This document shows, piece after piece, positions 41,018-54,545 of a stretch of 64,000 nt of DNA. The notes below the pieces were generated by a model that saw nothing but the letters and a program-made list of their open reading frames with translations, ran no database searches and was not told the DNA's origin. A program made the position numbers and the translations under genes. Numbering within the stretch: position 1 is the first letter of the stretch; every line of letters starts with the position of its first letter. This stretch comes from Chrysomallon squamiferum (taxonomy: Eukaryota; Animalia; Mollusca): the NCBI GenBank assembly GCA_012295275.1, contig CM022672.1:24862001-24926000 (forward strand), given 5' to 3'.

Positions 41018-42081
41018 AATGAAATGCATACTATCTATTACAATAGCTAGAATGAAAGTAAAAGAAACAGGACTTAGGATTCAGAATACAGAGGAAACTA
41101 TTTAAACTGGGATACCCTTACTGATAATCAGCAAATATTATTTTTTATATGCATTAAGACATATTTTGTAGGCAGGAAGATTTCTTTTATATACAGAAAC
41201 ATATTTTTCATATGTCTTTTCCCATAACAGGAAATAGCATATACACTAAAACGGTGTTCCACTAACAAGATAGGAAATGTTTCATTGGACAACAGACAAA
41301 CACACATATAGATAGATGGGTGTATGTTATATCAAGAAAATAACAGACGAAATCGCATGATAAGACCAGACTAAATCACTTGCAGGAAAATGTGTCTTTC
41401 TTGAAAAGTAATCAGTAACAAACCAAGGAATTTGATATGGAAGTTTTAAAAGAAACAAAAAAAACTAACATTTTCATTATATGTGACACTGACGTATCGC
41501 CGCCCTCAAAACAAATACTTGCTGGAAACCTAACCATACAGTTAGCAATTTAGTCACCCTCACATTTCCTCTATAGAAATATATCCCGTTTATACATGAA
41601 CCAAAATAAACAAATAAGAAAAAAAAAAACGAAAAAAAAAACATGGCCACAGGTGTTGTGTGAAAGAGTTACTACCTTCATTCATTTTTTTTTTTTTTCT
41701 TTTTGCTGCTGGTTTCGTAATAAAAAAGGAGTTTTTGGATGGTGGAAGTTTTTGTTAGAGATATGGCATTATTGAGACAAATCAACATATAAATGGCATT
41801 TCTTCACTGCAGATAAAAAAAAAGATAAAAAAAGAGATTTAATAAATAAGAACTTAAATAATATTTTAGAAGAAATTAAACTTTATTACGTAAATTACTG
41901 ATGTTTTCGACATTAACATATGGATTTAGAAATCGTAATTTAGTAAACACGTTTATCAGAAGTTACAGCTGTCGAAGGAATTTTTTTTTTTACGATCATA
42001 AACACTCATGACAACAAACGCAAACTAAAACAAAATAACTTACATACGCATAGATACATTAGCATCCTCAGGTAAATATAT

Positions 42082-42198
<117 letters not shown>

Positions 42199-44021
42199 TT
42201 CGCACGTTTGGATGTAAACCAAATAAGACAAGAAGGCACATATTTGTGTTTTTGTGTATGCATGTGTATGTGCGTGTTTGTGCAATGAGATATACATGTC
42301 TACTGAAACACTTTATTTATAAAACTGCTCCAAACCTTCAGGTGATTAACGTGTAATATTTTATCAAGCCATTTTTTTTTCTCTCACTTTTTATATATAT
42401 ATATATATTATTGTGAGGATTAATATTTATTTATATAGTTGTTTTTCAAACGGTTATTTTAAGATCTAGTGACCACATTGTTTAAATAAAATTTGAGAAT
42501 AGTAGGAAACGAAAACGTACACCAGTTTATGGAGGCGCTGTCATCGCTCGATGAATCACTGAACACGGACGCCACGAAAACCTCGTTGAAAACTTCGTTA
42601 CTGTCGAAGATAACCGAGCAGTGCCGATTACGTTAAGTTGTCAGACTGACAACCTGCACTGCCTCCGTAACAGCTTTACATCTGTTTCACGACTTTTAAA
42701 GTGTCAAGATCATAAAGTGACGAGAGATGTCAAAAAGCAAACGATTCGTGTCGAGTTTTTCTTTCTTTTTTGCTTCGAGGGAACCTGACACTGTCCAGAT
42801 GACGTAGTTCGTGTTTGTTGCTCCTGCCTTTCTGTAACATGCAGCATTTCGTAAAACCGTTTTGACTTCTGCTAAAATAAATAATAAACAAATGTCATAG
42901 TTATTTATGTGCATGTGCTATATATGCATTGAAACACACATTCACACACATCTGTGTACATATTTTTGTGTGTACGTAATTTAATGCAAATTTTAGTCCA
43001 CAGTCGAAAGACTGAAAAACAGAAGTTCAGTGTTTCAAAGAGCACGTTGTACACTTATTAACATTGTCAGCGAATCAGGCTTGTCAGTTCGGGATACCAC
43101 CTGGAAAGAACAAGAGATGTTAGGCTGATGTTAATCTTTCTCACAAAAATATTTTGTGAGAATAAATCATGCCATAGTTAAGAACTAAGAATGCCTCGAA
43201 TGCTTTTGCCTACGACATGGCATGCACGTGCCGTTATGTCACTCACGGACAGACAGGTGCTGCCTGAAACGCGATCTCGTTACGGACGAGAAGTTGCGGT
43301 ATGTCTGTGAAGATTTTTTCTGCACTGGATTGTGTTATTTTCACAGAATTTGTTGTGGTTTTTTGTTGTTTTTTTGGTAGTAATTTTTGTTTGTTTGTTT
43401 TTTGTTGTAATAAATCATACTTTACATTATAAAACGAAAAACTGTCATGATTGGTTTGCAGATGATTATTTAAGTAATGTCATAAATATAGGATGTATAA
43501 AATGACAGTCAACTGAAGCAATGTATTTCGTTATTTAGAATAAGCCTTAAATAACAGACAATGCATTACAGCAAAGTAGTAATAAATTAACCGAAATATA
43601 TTTATTGACATTGAATTCGAAGCTTAATAATCTTTATTAAAATGTATTCACAATGTTATAAAGCTATCGATTACCACGAAATGTTTTAAAACCAAAAGAG
43701 TACTGAAAAGGAATTTACAATAAAACTAATTTAATAATGCTTTATACACTGTTTTAATTTAGTAAAAATAATCGCTTATTGTGATTCAGTACTCAAAGAA
43801 TATTTTTGAATAATTTTTTAACACTTTATATCACTCCCGAAATTGGTACCACTCCAAACCAACAACTAATATGGAGTAAGGGATATAACTCTCTTTTAAA
43901 TGTAGTCTTCTCTCGAGTTCTCTGAAACTGTTTTCTTCCTCCTTCTCTTTCTTCTCTCTCTGGGATACAGGGCTAGATTTAAATAAACTGCTAAAAATGA
44001 AAAAAATAAAATAATAAAATA

Positions 44022-44052
<31 letters not shown>

Positions 44053-44528
44053 AACGTAATCAAAACTGACTACTTAGGGACTCTAAGTGTCAGTTTTAGT
44101 TATCTCACAAAAAAAATTATAATTTAGTTATCTATTAGCACTTGTCAAATAGGACTTCTTAAGATTCGCATAGATTAGGGTTTCTCCGTTCTATACAGGA
44201 TGAGATCATTTACGATTTTGAGAAATAACAATAACAAACTTTTAATGAATACCGATTTTATGTTTTCATCAGTATTCAGTAGGGTTTTTCTACAAATTGT
44301 TTTCTTAATGTCTCAAAATAAAACTGAATTTAAAAATGTAGAAAAACGAATAAACAGCAGTGTTTTTCTTTCTGTTTATTTTAATCAGGCCCCATAATTG
44401 AAATGTCTGTGACAATTGTGTTCTTTTAATTGTGACATCCAAAGGTATTAAAAATCAGTTAAGGGAAATAACTCTTATTAAATACTACAGTATTTTGCGC
44501 GATATAGTGATATATTATTATTATTATT

Positions 44529-44559
<31 letters not shown>

Positions 44560-45129
44560 ACAACATCATTATTACTAATTATATTAGAAAACCTACAAAA
44601 GACATCGACTCTAGTGCTTTTAATATCTGTAATCTTTAATAAAAATTATTATAAATTAATTAATCCACCATTATAAACTGAAGATCCACAGATTATCGGT
44701 AATATCATATCCTGCCTAATGCTTTTTTTCTGCTTTATTAATAACAGATAATTCACATACCACTGATTATGGACTGTAGTAAATTACGAGCAATGGGTCA
44801 GATGGTCAGTCTTGTTCGATGGCTAATTTATCGTTGGAGTCTACAGCACCGGACTATAAATAGGTATAAAACAAAAATCTCTTTTCCTACTTAGTCCCGA
44901 TCTGTGTAAAACACATTCATTGCTCTTGCTCGGTACTAGTAAAACAGAGAGTGCCTAGTGAGTTTATCAATAAAGATTAGTAATAATAATAAAACTGCTA
45001 CATTTAACAGTGTTAACATTGACTGATGAACTGAGAGGCAAATAAACAAACATTAATGAATTCCTTTTTTCAAATTATATGTTTAAATTATTAAAAGCAG
45101 AACTTATTGACTTGAATGTACCGATGGGA

Positions 45130-45350
45130 ATCTGTTGACTGCAATATAGTGACAGAAATGTATTATCTGGAATGTAATTACAGAAATGCATTAACTGGAA
45201 TGTATGTAGAATGGAATATAATGACAATAATGTATTGAATGGAATGCGGTGACAGGAATATAAAGATATTGACTAGAATGTATTGTCTGGAATGTATTTC
45301 AGAATGGTGACTGGAATATATTGATTAGAATGTATTGACTGAAATGTAGT
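45130..45350. repeat. Degenerate tandem repeat, unit about 14 bp (GACTGGAATGTATT-like)
   Basis: Recurring CTGGAATGTA / GACAGAAATGTATT / TAGAATGTATTGAC variants. Confidence 0.7.
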
Positions 45351-46015
45351 AATCTATCGATCTATTTTGCCTTAGATCAGCCGTTTATCCTGCTGCTTCC
45401 AGACTTATTTTTAGTAATATAAAGATTCGAACAGGTATTATTTTGTGTTCATAATGTCAAAGAAAAACAAAACAATAGAAACATACATTTTGTTTTATTA
45501 TTTTGTGTGCACCAGGAATGTAAAATATGTATTTGAATTCAAAATAAAAAAAACACACTAATAGTTATGGTTCTAATATTTCTTAATCATTTATTAATGC
45601 GCATTTTCTATTATTTTGTGAATTCTAGAATAATAAAAATATTAAAATAATAATAAAAACGAATTATACTACAGTAAATAACAAATAAATTATTGAGTAA
45701 ATATTGCAAAGTTTTGTTATTTTAGATGTGTTCGATGTCAACATTATTAACCATTGTTATAAATGAGTAAAAGAAAGCTTGCGACAAAGGAAAGCAACTG
45801 GAAAATGCATCTAATATAACATAAAAAAAAATCTCCTAATATAAATGAATATTTCAAGAAAAAAATATTTAATTTCATAAATTACATTCAGTTAATAATA
45901 ACAATGAATCCATTTTCTATAATATTAATTAAGAAATTTATTAGATTTCATTATAATAATATCACCCTCATCATCGTGATCATCATTATCCTCATTTATT
46001 GTTTGTAACTATTGT

Positions 46016-47098
46016 CTAAATTTCACTTTCTAGAACATCATTAAGCAACAAATTTTGCTTATGAAGCAATGGTATCGGTAGACGACTAACGCTTTTGTTA
46101 ATAGCTTGTCTTAAAAGTCGTCTAATGTAAGTTCTGCTAATATCTCGCAATTTTCTCGGAATCTTAAACTCGTCAACCAGCCATTTCAAATCTGGTTTGT
46201 CGTCCAGCGCTGCTAGAACATGAGCACTTTGATAAAATTCACAACCACTGTCAATCAACAGCTTGGCGATAGAAGAGTGACCATAATGCACAGCCAACAA
46301 AAATGGAGTCACTGGAATTCCGTTAAGAATAGAACCGGAGTCGAAGGTTCCTGGTTCGAATTCTCCAGTAACATTTAAATCACAGTTTTCTGATATGAGC
46401 ATTTTGACTGCATCGATATGGTTGATCCTCACTGCATAGTGAATTGGTGCAAAACCTAAAGTATCTCTGCTGTTTATATCTGCCCCGGCGTTCACCAAGC
46501 ACCGAAAACATTCAAACTGCTCAAAAGTTTCGAACGAACTGTAGCAGTTGATTCCAAAGGGCACACCTAAACCAAAGGACCAGTGCAGAGCGGTACTGGT
46601 CGTTACGGGATTAACAGCGTTAACATCACAGCCGCCGTCCAGTAACAACTGTACGCCTGCGAGGAAAGCGTTAGAGGAAGCAATCATCAAAGCCGTCTGT
46701 CCACACTGGCTTGTGGAGTCCTTGTTGATGTCATCACACTGCAGTAGGAGTTCCAGACATCGAATATCAGAACGAACAACGACTAAGTGAAGAACTGGCC
46801 ACACAGACTGCCCCGAGTCTTGGACCGTGCACGTGTTGCAGTCTGCACCTCGTGACAAAAGAAAGCGTATGATGTCAATACAGCCAGGAGCCCAGGATGG
46901 AGACAAGACGAGAGCTTTGTCCAAAATTCGCTGCTTGGTCTCGACTGAGTCTTCAGCTCTGTCGATAATTTCACTTATTGCTTCAAGATTCTGTTCTGTC
47001 AGTGCTTCTTCTAGATTGAGTGCATCTGTCTGTGACTGGACGACATCAGATAAAGCGTCATCTTGGTCACAAGATTGCTGGTCCCTGACGGCGACCAT
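46016..47098 (-). CDS. Ankyrin repeat and SOCS box protein (ASB-like), 360 aa, single coding exon
   Basis: About 6-7 ankyrin repeats (GQTALMIAS..GVQLLLDGGCDVN, GFAPIHYAV..AVKMLISENCDLN, VTPFLLAVHYGHSSIAKLLIDSG); C-terminal SOCS box PRKLRDISRTYIRRLL...LPIPLLHKQNLL. An acceptor ttcttctttcag lies 17 nt upstream of the ATG with an in-frame TGA between them, which supports this ATG as the start. Confidence 0.93.
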   Translation of the reverse strand: MVAVRDQQSCDQDDALSDVVQSQTDALNLEEALTEQNLEAISEIIDRAEDSVETKQRILDKALVLSPSWAPGCIDIIRFLLSRGADCNTCTVQDSGQSVWPVLHLVVVRSDIRCLELLLQCDDINKDSTSQCGQTALMIASSNAFLAGVQLLLDGGCDVNAVNPVTTSTALHWSFGLGVPFGINCYSSFETFEQFECFRCLVNAGADINSRDTLGFAPIHYAVRINHIDAVKMLISENCDLNVTGEFEPGTFDSGSILNGIPVTPFLLAVHYGHSSIAKLLIDSGCEFYQSAHVLAALDDKPDLKWLVDEFKIPRKLRDISRTYIRRLLRQAINKSVSRLPIPLLHKQNLLLNDVLESEI

Positions 47099-47207
47099 CT
47101 TTGATTTACGTCATTCTGAAAGAAGAAAACAATATTGTTTCATGCGTTTTACTTTTCCATATATATTCATTCCTAAATACCTACCTACTACAGGAGTACT
47201 TACTTAC

Positions 47208-47208
<1 letters not shown>

Positions 47209-47238
<30 letters not shown>

Positions 47239-47272
47239 CATACATACATACATACATACATACATACATACA

Positions 47273-47300
<28 letters not shown>
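47209..47300. repeat. (TACA)n tetranucleotide microsatellite
   Basis: Perfect tetranucleotide run in the intron upstream of the ASB coding exon. Confidence 0.98.
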
Positions 47301-47307
<7 letters not shown>

Positions 47308-48395
47308 GTACAGGCGTACTTCCACTCGTAAATATGCATACCAATGCACCATATATAAAATAAATATATATTAGTGTTACTGACCTGCACTGGGTGTCAT
47401 TTACTGAAACGACTAAACACTGAAACAGCTGTAGGGCTGTGGTACTAGGACGCAGCTATTGTGTATAACGTGCTTTAACGACAGGACACTGAGTGAATGA
47501 ATATTACTGGTTTATTTATTACACCTCGCATTAACATAATTATATCACAGTACATGCAGCATTAGCCTGTCGTATATCATTGTTTATTTAATCAGCTGAG
47601 GTGACAGAAATGTCCCGTTAAACAAAATTATTAAATAAAACAGTGCACTGGATTCTGACTGAAAATGCATTACCGATTTACTTACTGCATTTAATATTCG
47701 CATATTATGTAGCGTGGAATGCGTATGCTGATGTTAGTTTAAAAACCAGAAGAAAAAAAACAACAACACAACAACAACAACAGACATGCAAAGCAGATTC
47801 TATTTCGCGACTGAGCGGTTCTTTTTTATTTGCAATCTGCATTTGCGGAGATGATTAAATACATTATGCGATCTAAACTTGCACTATGGTGTTAATCTCC
47901 GGGTGACTGTTAAAATGTTTTAAAAGCGCTTATAAAACCAGTAATGGAAACTATACAGCTTTTTGAGGCTAAAGTTTCATTTCATTCATGCTGATATTTA
48001 TAACATGTTCCCCGTAACTTTTACAGCAGAGATAATCTTACTCATTAAATGCCTTATTAAAATTCCACACCCACATATAAACTATTAATAAAATAAATAT
48101 CTTCTGATAACAATAATTATAACCCTGAATTTACCTTAGAGCAATGTAATTATTGACCAGTCGTTTCCAAATAATATCTATCGATAATTTTCTGTTTCAG
48201 TACACAATGTGTATTGATGTATTAACATATTAGCTCAGATATACTGGAATACACTTTGGAATATAGTTAGATATGTACGTACTTACATTCATATATAAAT
48301 AAATACATACATATATACTTACATATATACAAACATAACATACATACATTCACATTCAAAAACTGAATAATGTGTGTGAAATGTCTTTAGAGTTT

Positions 48396-48630
48396 AAGGT
48401 TGTCTCAATGGCCGAACGGTAACGTCGTCTGTCTTCGAAACGCGGGTGACTGGATGCCATGCGTTCGAGTCTCGTGAGATCGTGACTGGACTTTGTCCTC
48501 CTGCGCCAGTGCGTTACAGAATATTGTTTATGTACAGAGTCTGATCAGACGTACATAAGACAGAGAATATTCAAAATTTTAAACTACATACATACACATG
48601 GATCGAGTCAAATAATAAATGAAAAATACC
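48396..48630 (+). mobile_element. tRNA(Arg)-derived SINE-like element
   Basis: A box TGGCCGAACGG at 48409-48419; CGTCTGTCTTCGAA resembling the tRNA-Arg(TCG) anticodon arm; B box GTTCGAGTC near 48463; acceptor-like pairing GTCTCA/TGAGAT; candidate 9-bp TSD TTAGAGTTT at 48387-48395 and 48631-48639. Confidence 0.7.
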
Positions 48631-50546
48631 TTAGAGTTTCATAAGCAATGTCATCAATACTGCCTATTTTATTTAACTGCATTTTGTTATTAATTACAAA
48701 ATAAATCATTAAAATCTAAATAAAATATCCCTGTCTTCTGCATTACGTATCAACGTACCGTACTGACTGATAGAAGAACGTAATCACACAAATTAGATGA
48801 CACGTTTGTTTGTGTCGACGTCTCTGCTACACTTAAACCTTTGACTGCATGTAACAAAAACACTTAGATACTACAACATGTCTGTTGACTTGTTTGCCAA
48901 TCCAGTCTGTGTTCATTGCCATACAAAACACCATGAGTTATCCTGTCCTTCACAAACAGTATCAATAAAATTACTTATTGATTCTGCCTTCTTCAATATT
49001 GATATTGTTAGTTATGCTGTTTTAGTTCTTTATGAGGCACAAGTTCTATAAAAATCTTTGGATTTTTATTACTAGTACTACTGTTACTACCACTACCACT
49101 ACTACTACTACTACTATTACTACTACTAATACTAATAATACTACTACTAATAATTAATAATTATAGTAATAGTAATAAAAGCAATCGTAATAATAATAAA
49201 GACAATTATGAACTGTTATCTTCTGATATCCAGTATTTATTCTAAAAATACCTGTTACACCTTTCCTTCTTTTCTTTTCTTGGTTAGTGTTGTCGAATCG
49301 AGCAGCATGCTACTTTAAATCAGTGTAATTATCTTTCTTCTTTTACTTATTTCCATTCAATCAAGGCTAGCTGAAGCAGACATGACAGATCGTGAATTTT
49401 CCGCAGCGGGCTGTGACAGTGTGCTTTTGTAAGTGTCATTTCCTTACAGCATCTACCACGTCGAGTATCGATTCATCCAAATTAAAATTGCTTACTTAAT
49501 ACAAATGATGAGAGTGCACGTTTTTACGTGTTCTTGGTATCACAAAAACAGCTCTTCTAGCAAAACTGACTGATTGTTGTTTCTGTTGGTAAATATTCGC
49601 AGTTCCCGAGACAGAAACTATTTGATAAAAATTTCGTCAGTCATATTCTGATATTTCCCCATAATTTTGAAAATAAATTTAATTAGGCAGCAAATGATAT
49701 CACTCGAATTTAGCCATTATAAATGTAACTTTCTTCTTTGAGTTCTTCTTTTAAAAAAATTATCAAGAAAACACTACGATATGACAGAAAATATTCTGAG
49801 TATAAATAAGCAAATACCAAACACGCAGACTTACCTACAGACATACAGGCACACACTCACACACACACGTAATACATTGATCAATTACATACAAACCAAC
49901 CTGATCAAATTACTACCGGTTTTCTTGGTAAACTGTGATCTGTCTTTTCAGATAATGTTTATTATATAAACTCTTACATCACAAAAATATCTGTTACATA
50001 AACTATTACATCACATCAAGACAAACAAAGGTAGCTGTGAATATGTCATTAAAGAAGAAAATACCTATCACTACGTTCTCTGTATCAATAATATTTATTA
50101 AGGCTATAATTTATTTACTATTCAGAATGTATCATTAAATAAACAGAATTTACATTGTACGTAATTCTCTTGAACTCCGTAAATATCATAACTATTAACA
50201 CACATACACACATATACACACAAAAACATATCTGTGTTTTAAAACAACACATTTTTAATATAAGTACATTTTTAATATCTGTAGTACTTAAATCAAATAT
50301 TAATTTCCCAACACAAAATATTAGATTCTGGGTAATGATTTTTATTTTATTATTATCATCATCATACTACTATTGCTAGTATTTATAATGTAACTACAAC
50401 ATCTTATTACTCTCCTGTTGTTACTATTATTACTACTACGGCTGCTACTGCAGATGTATTGCTGCTGTTGCTACTACTAGTTCTATTACTACTGCTACTA
50501 CGACTGTTATTATTAATACAGCTACTACTACTACTACTACAACTAC

Positions 50547-50606
<60 letters not shown>

Positions 50607-51240
50607 ATACATATTTATAACTTATCAAAACAGCAAAATATATATTTTATATTAAAATTTGACCTTTGATCAAGAAAATTGACTTACCTGTGGACAGATA
50701 TATTCCTGTAACTTTAACTGTAAACAAGCGAGGTCCTTTGCATTGTGAACCTAAACAGCTTATTTCCATGAGCTATCGAATTATGACGAGAAAAACAGAG
50801 TAAGTGCTAGCCCAAATAAAGAGAAAGTGTTTTTGTTTGATAACAAGCGAGGTCAATACATGTCACAACATATTCGGATGCGTTCAGCTGTAACTTATGA
50901 TAACCTAAATATTAGTCCGGGTATGACGCTGCATTATTTACTTGATATTTGCTTTCTTATCTGAATAATTATTTTATATTGTGATATTATTCCCTACCCC
51001 TTCTTATGCTATATCTCTGTTTTTTCTCTCTCTCTCCCTCTGTCTCTCTTTCTCTCTGTCTTTCTTTCTTTCTTTCTTTCTCCATCTCTCTATTCTGTTA
51101 TCTGTCATACACACCCACACCCATCCACCCATCCACCCATCTACACACACACACACACACACATACACACACACACACAAATAGAGATATAGAGAAAGAC
51201 ACATAGATAGACTGAGATCGACAGACATAATCATGTAGAG

Positions 51241-51271
<31 letters not shown>

Positions 51272-52449
51272 TGACTTTACATGTATCTCTCTTTTAGAGC
51301 ATCTCTGAATGTTTACTCAATCGCTATCCGTTGTAATCCTTTTCTCTTGTTTTTTTACTGAATGAATTTGTAATCCAAGATTAATAGAACCATTTCGGAA
51401 AAATAAAACAAATATAAAAGTTTATCATTCCCTCTGCCGTGAAGAAAATAGTACTCACATTTTTTGTCGCTACTGATTAATTTCGGACTGAACGCCAGAA
51501 TTCCAGGTGAACTGAATAAAATCACTGAAAGCGTCACTACATCTAAAGATACCAGTTTCCTATGTTAATCTGTGATAACTTTTAACATAAATTCGTGAAG
51601 AAGAAAATAATGAATAAAGCAATAAAAGTATTTACAGAAAAGTGGAAAGGCTTATTTGGATGTAAGTTATAACATCCGACGAGATGATAAAAAAAAAGAA
51701 AAAAAAAAAAAAGAAATGTATGCAAGATTCAGTTTGCTTTTACTCATCGTGGTCTTTTACTTGCCTTTCTTATTCAAATAAAACTAAACAGGACAGATTC
51801 AGTTTTGTTGATTTAACTCTTTACCTCATGTATCGAGAACTCGACCTCTGGGTAGGTATCCGCCTCATTACAGAAGACGAAGCTATTAAAAAGGAGACCT
51901 GAAAACAAGTCTTTCAGACAAAACTAGCAGGTAAAAACTAAAGATAAAAAGAGGTCAAGAATACTTATCACGAAGTGATAACCTAAATAGTCGAGTTTCA
52001 TGGACAAAATATTCTTTTCATTCTAATTATTTCGAAAGATAATTATTTCAAATTTAAAATGTTTATTTTGTCGCTTATCTTTCAGATATATAAACAGTAA
52101 AGCAAATAGGTAAACAGACCGATATATAAATCTGATAAAGAGAGAAACAGAGACATGCAGGCCAACTCACATACTGACGGACAGATAGAATAGAGAACTT
52201 ACAAATAGATAATATTTTAATCATTCAGTAGCCTCAGTAGATGTACTTCTTTAACTTAACCAAGAACAGTCAATATTATTACATATTCAACTTTCCAGGC
52301 AATACTTAAGTTACTGGTGATTATGCAATCACCGTTAGCTGCTTATATAATATTATATGATTGTCCAAAACAGAATCATAATAATTTAATGTTTTACCAA
52401 GTGTATGTTTGCTGATAAATCATTACATTTATTGCATCACACACACACA

Positions 52450-52536
<87 letters not shown>

Positions 52537-53508
52537 GGTAGGTTGGTTGGTTGGTTGGTCTTGTCTGTTTACATAATTTCTCTACATGTATTTAGATGCC
52601 TACGGTCTTTCCACATACTGGAAGATGATAAATTATTTTCAGAGCATTTCAAATCTTTCAAATACTTCTTTTTTCATTTTTCTGTACAAAAGGACGAATA
52701 AAAATATTATTAACTGCCCACATACTGGTTAAGTGCTTGCTTATACCAATTGTTTTGTTGTTGGAGCGTATCTCAGTACGAACTTGTTAATTTTTATACC
52801 TTCTATCTGTCCCACCCCTTTTTTTTTGTCGTCTGACCGGTTTTTCTCTTACCACTCTTGCATGTTATATCCAGCTTGAGTGATGTCGTCTCTTTTTTTT
52901 TTGAATCTACACATTTCAGTAACCCACGGTGTCGAAACGAACATGTTAATACGTATCAAAACACACATGAACGTGTGAACGTAGTTATATATGATTTTTT
53001 GAAATGAACTGTGTATTGCTAGAGTCATTATCAAACTACAAAGAAATGATTTACTTCTAACAATAAGGTAAATAGTTATTGTTTAAAATATACGAAACCA
53101 GTTTGTAACGTGTTCCATTCACTTCAGTACTATTTACATTTCAGGTAGATGTAATTGTATGCAGCTGCTGTGATGATTATGTAATTACTATACCACGACA
53201 AGTTCAAGTGTCGAATATTAATTAAAATCTCGTGTCAAACACAAGGTCATTGGGTATAATATATATGTTGGTCACCTTTGTCAGGTCTCATATTTGTGAA
53301 GATAGAATAATTGGGCACAGATAAAAATAAACGGAGAGATAGACAGGTAGAGACTGCTGCAGTAAAACAGACATAAAATAAAATACATGTAATTATATAT
53401 TAGACAGATAATTATAATAATAGAATAATACAGATAGATTAAAATATGCATGGATACGTATAGTAAGTAATATATTGACAATATATATATATATTTAACA
53501 TAAGATAG

Positions 53509-53588
<80 letters not shown>

Positions 53589-54465
53589 GATATAATATCG
53601 ATAGATAGATGGATGGATGGATGGATGGAAGGAAGGACGGAAGAGTAGCGAACTTGGAAAGATAAAGAGTTCAGATTATAAAAAACAAAATCTAGATTAA
53701 AAAAAATTTAAAATATTTTCGATTTTCTTTAAATAGAATTATACTTCAGATGATTACTGCAATTTACTTAAATTCAGACCATATTTGCTTCGTTAAAAAT
53801 TAATGCAACGAAAAAAACAAAAACCATTTTTAGCTTTGCATAAATCGCATTCTTTACATGACAAAATAAACATACAAAAACAAACAAAAAAAAAACAACA
53901 ACAAAAAAGACTGAAAAATGACATCATTGCCCGAGGCTGATTGACCCAAGAAACTTAATACCATCTTGTCCTTCATCAGCAATTACAGAACATTATTTAC
54001 ATTAATTGTTCAAATTTACAAGACTTATAAAGAAGCAATTTAAGATATACCTATTGCTTAAAGAACAAAACTGTCACAGGAAAAGAAAACGTACATACTT
54101 ACAGCTGCAAAAAAAAAAAAGATCCAATCTTTGTTTTGTCTTCCAGGCGAAATCAACGACGTGAAGCACTGAAAAGACTGCTATGGAACCAAGGATCGAT
54201 ATTTTTACTAAAGACGGTTGCCATGTCGACGCTGCTGCTCGCACACGAGGTGCCGAGCGATAACTTATTAATCAGGAGCCGCTATTCGTCGAGAATATTG
54301 TATTTGTGTGAGGAAGAGCATGTTGAGACAGAGTTAGATTTGTATTCTTTTTTTATTTTTTTTTTTTATAGCCTAAAAGACATTGATTTTTATTTCTTCA
54401 TGTTTTATTTTCTTTCCTTCTTTCTTTCTTTCTTTCTTTCTTTCCTTCTATCTTTCTTCTTCTTC

Positions 54466-54545
<80 letters not shown>

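Noticed and set aside
44740-44985. TATAAATA plus AATAAA block suggesting a solo LTR or SINE tail
   Set aside because: No TG...CA termini, TSD or second copy identifiable in the window.
46548-47363. Plus-strand ORFs (80 and 178 aa) overlapping the ASB gene, and the minus-strand ORFs at 61167-61349 and 61875-62183
   Set aside because: Antisense shadows of real coding exons, partly extended by microsatellite.
48398-48482. Functional tRNA-Arg(TCG) gene
   Set aside because: Anticodon and T stems are mismatched, the variable region is oversized and no poly-T terminator follows; better explained as a SINE head.
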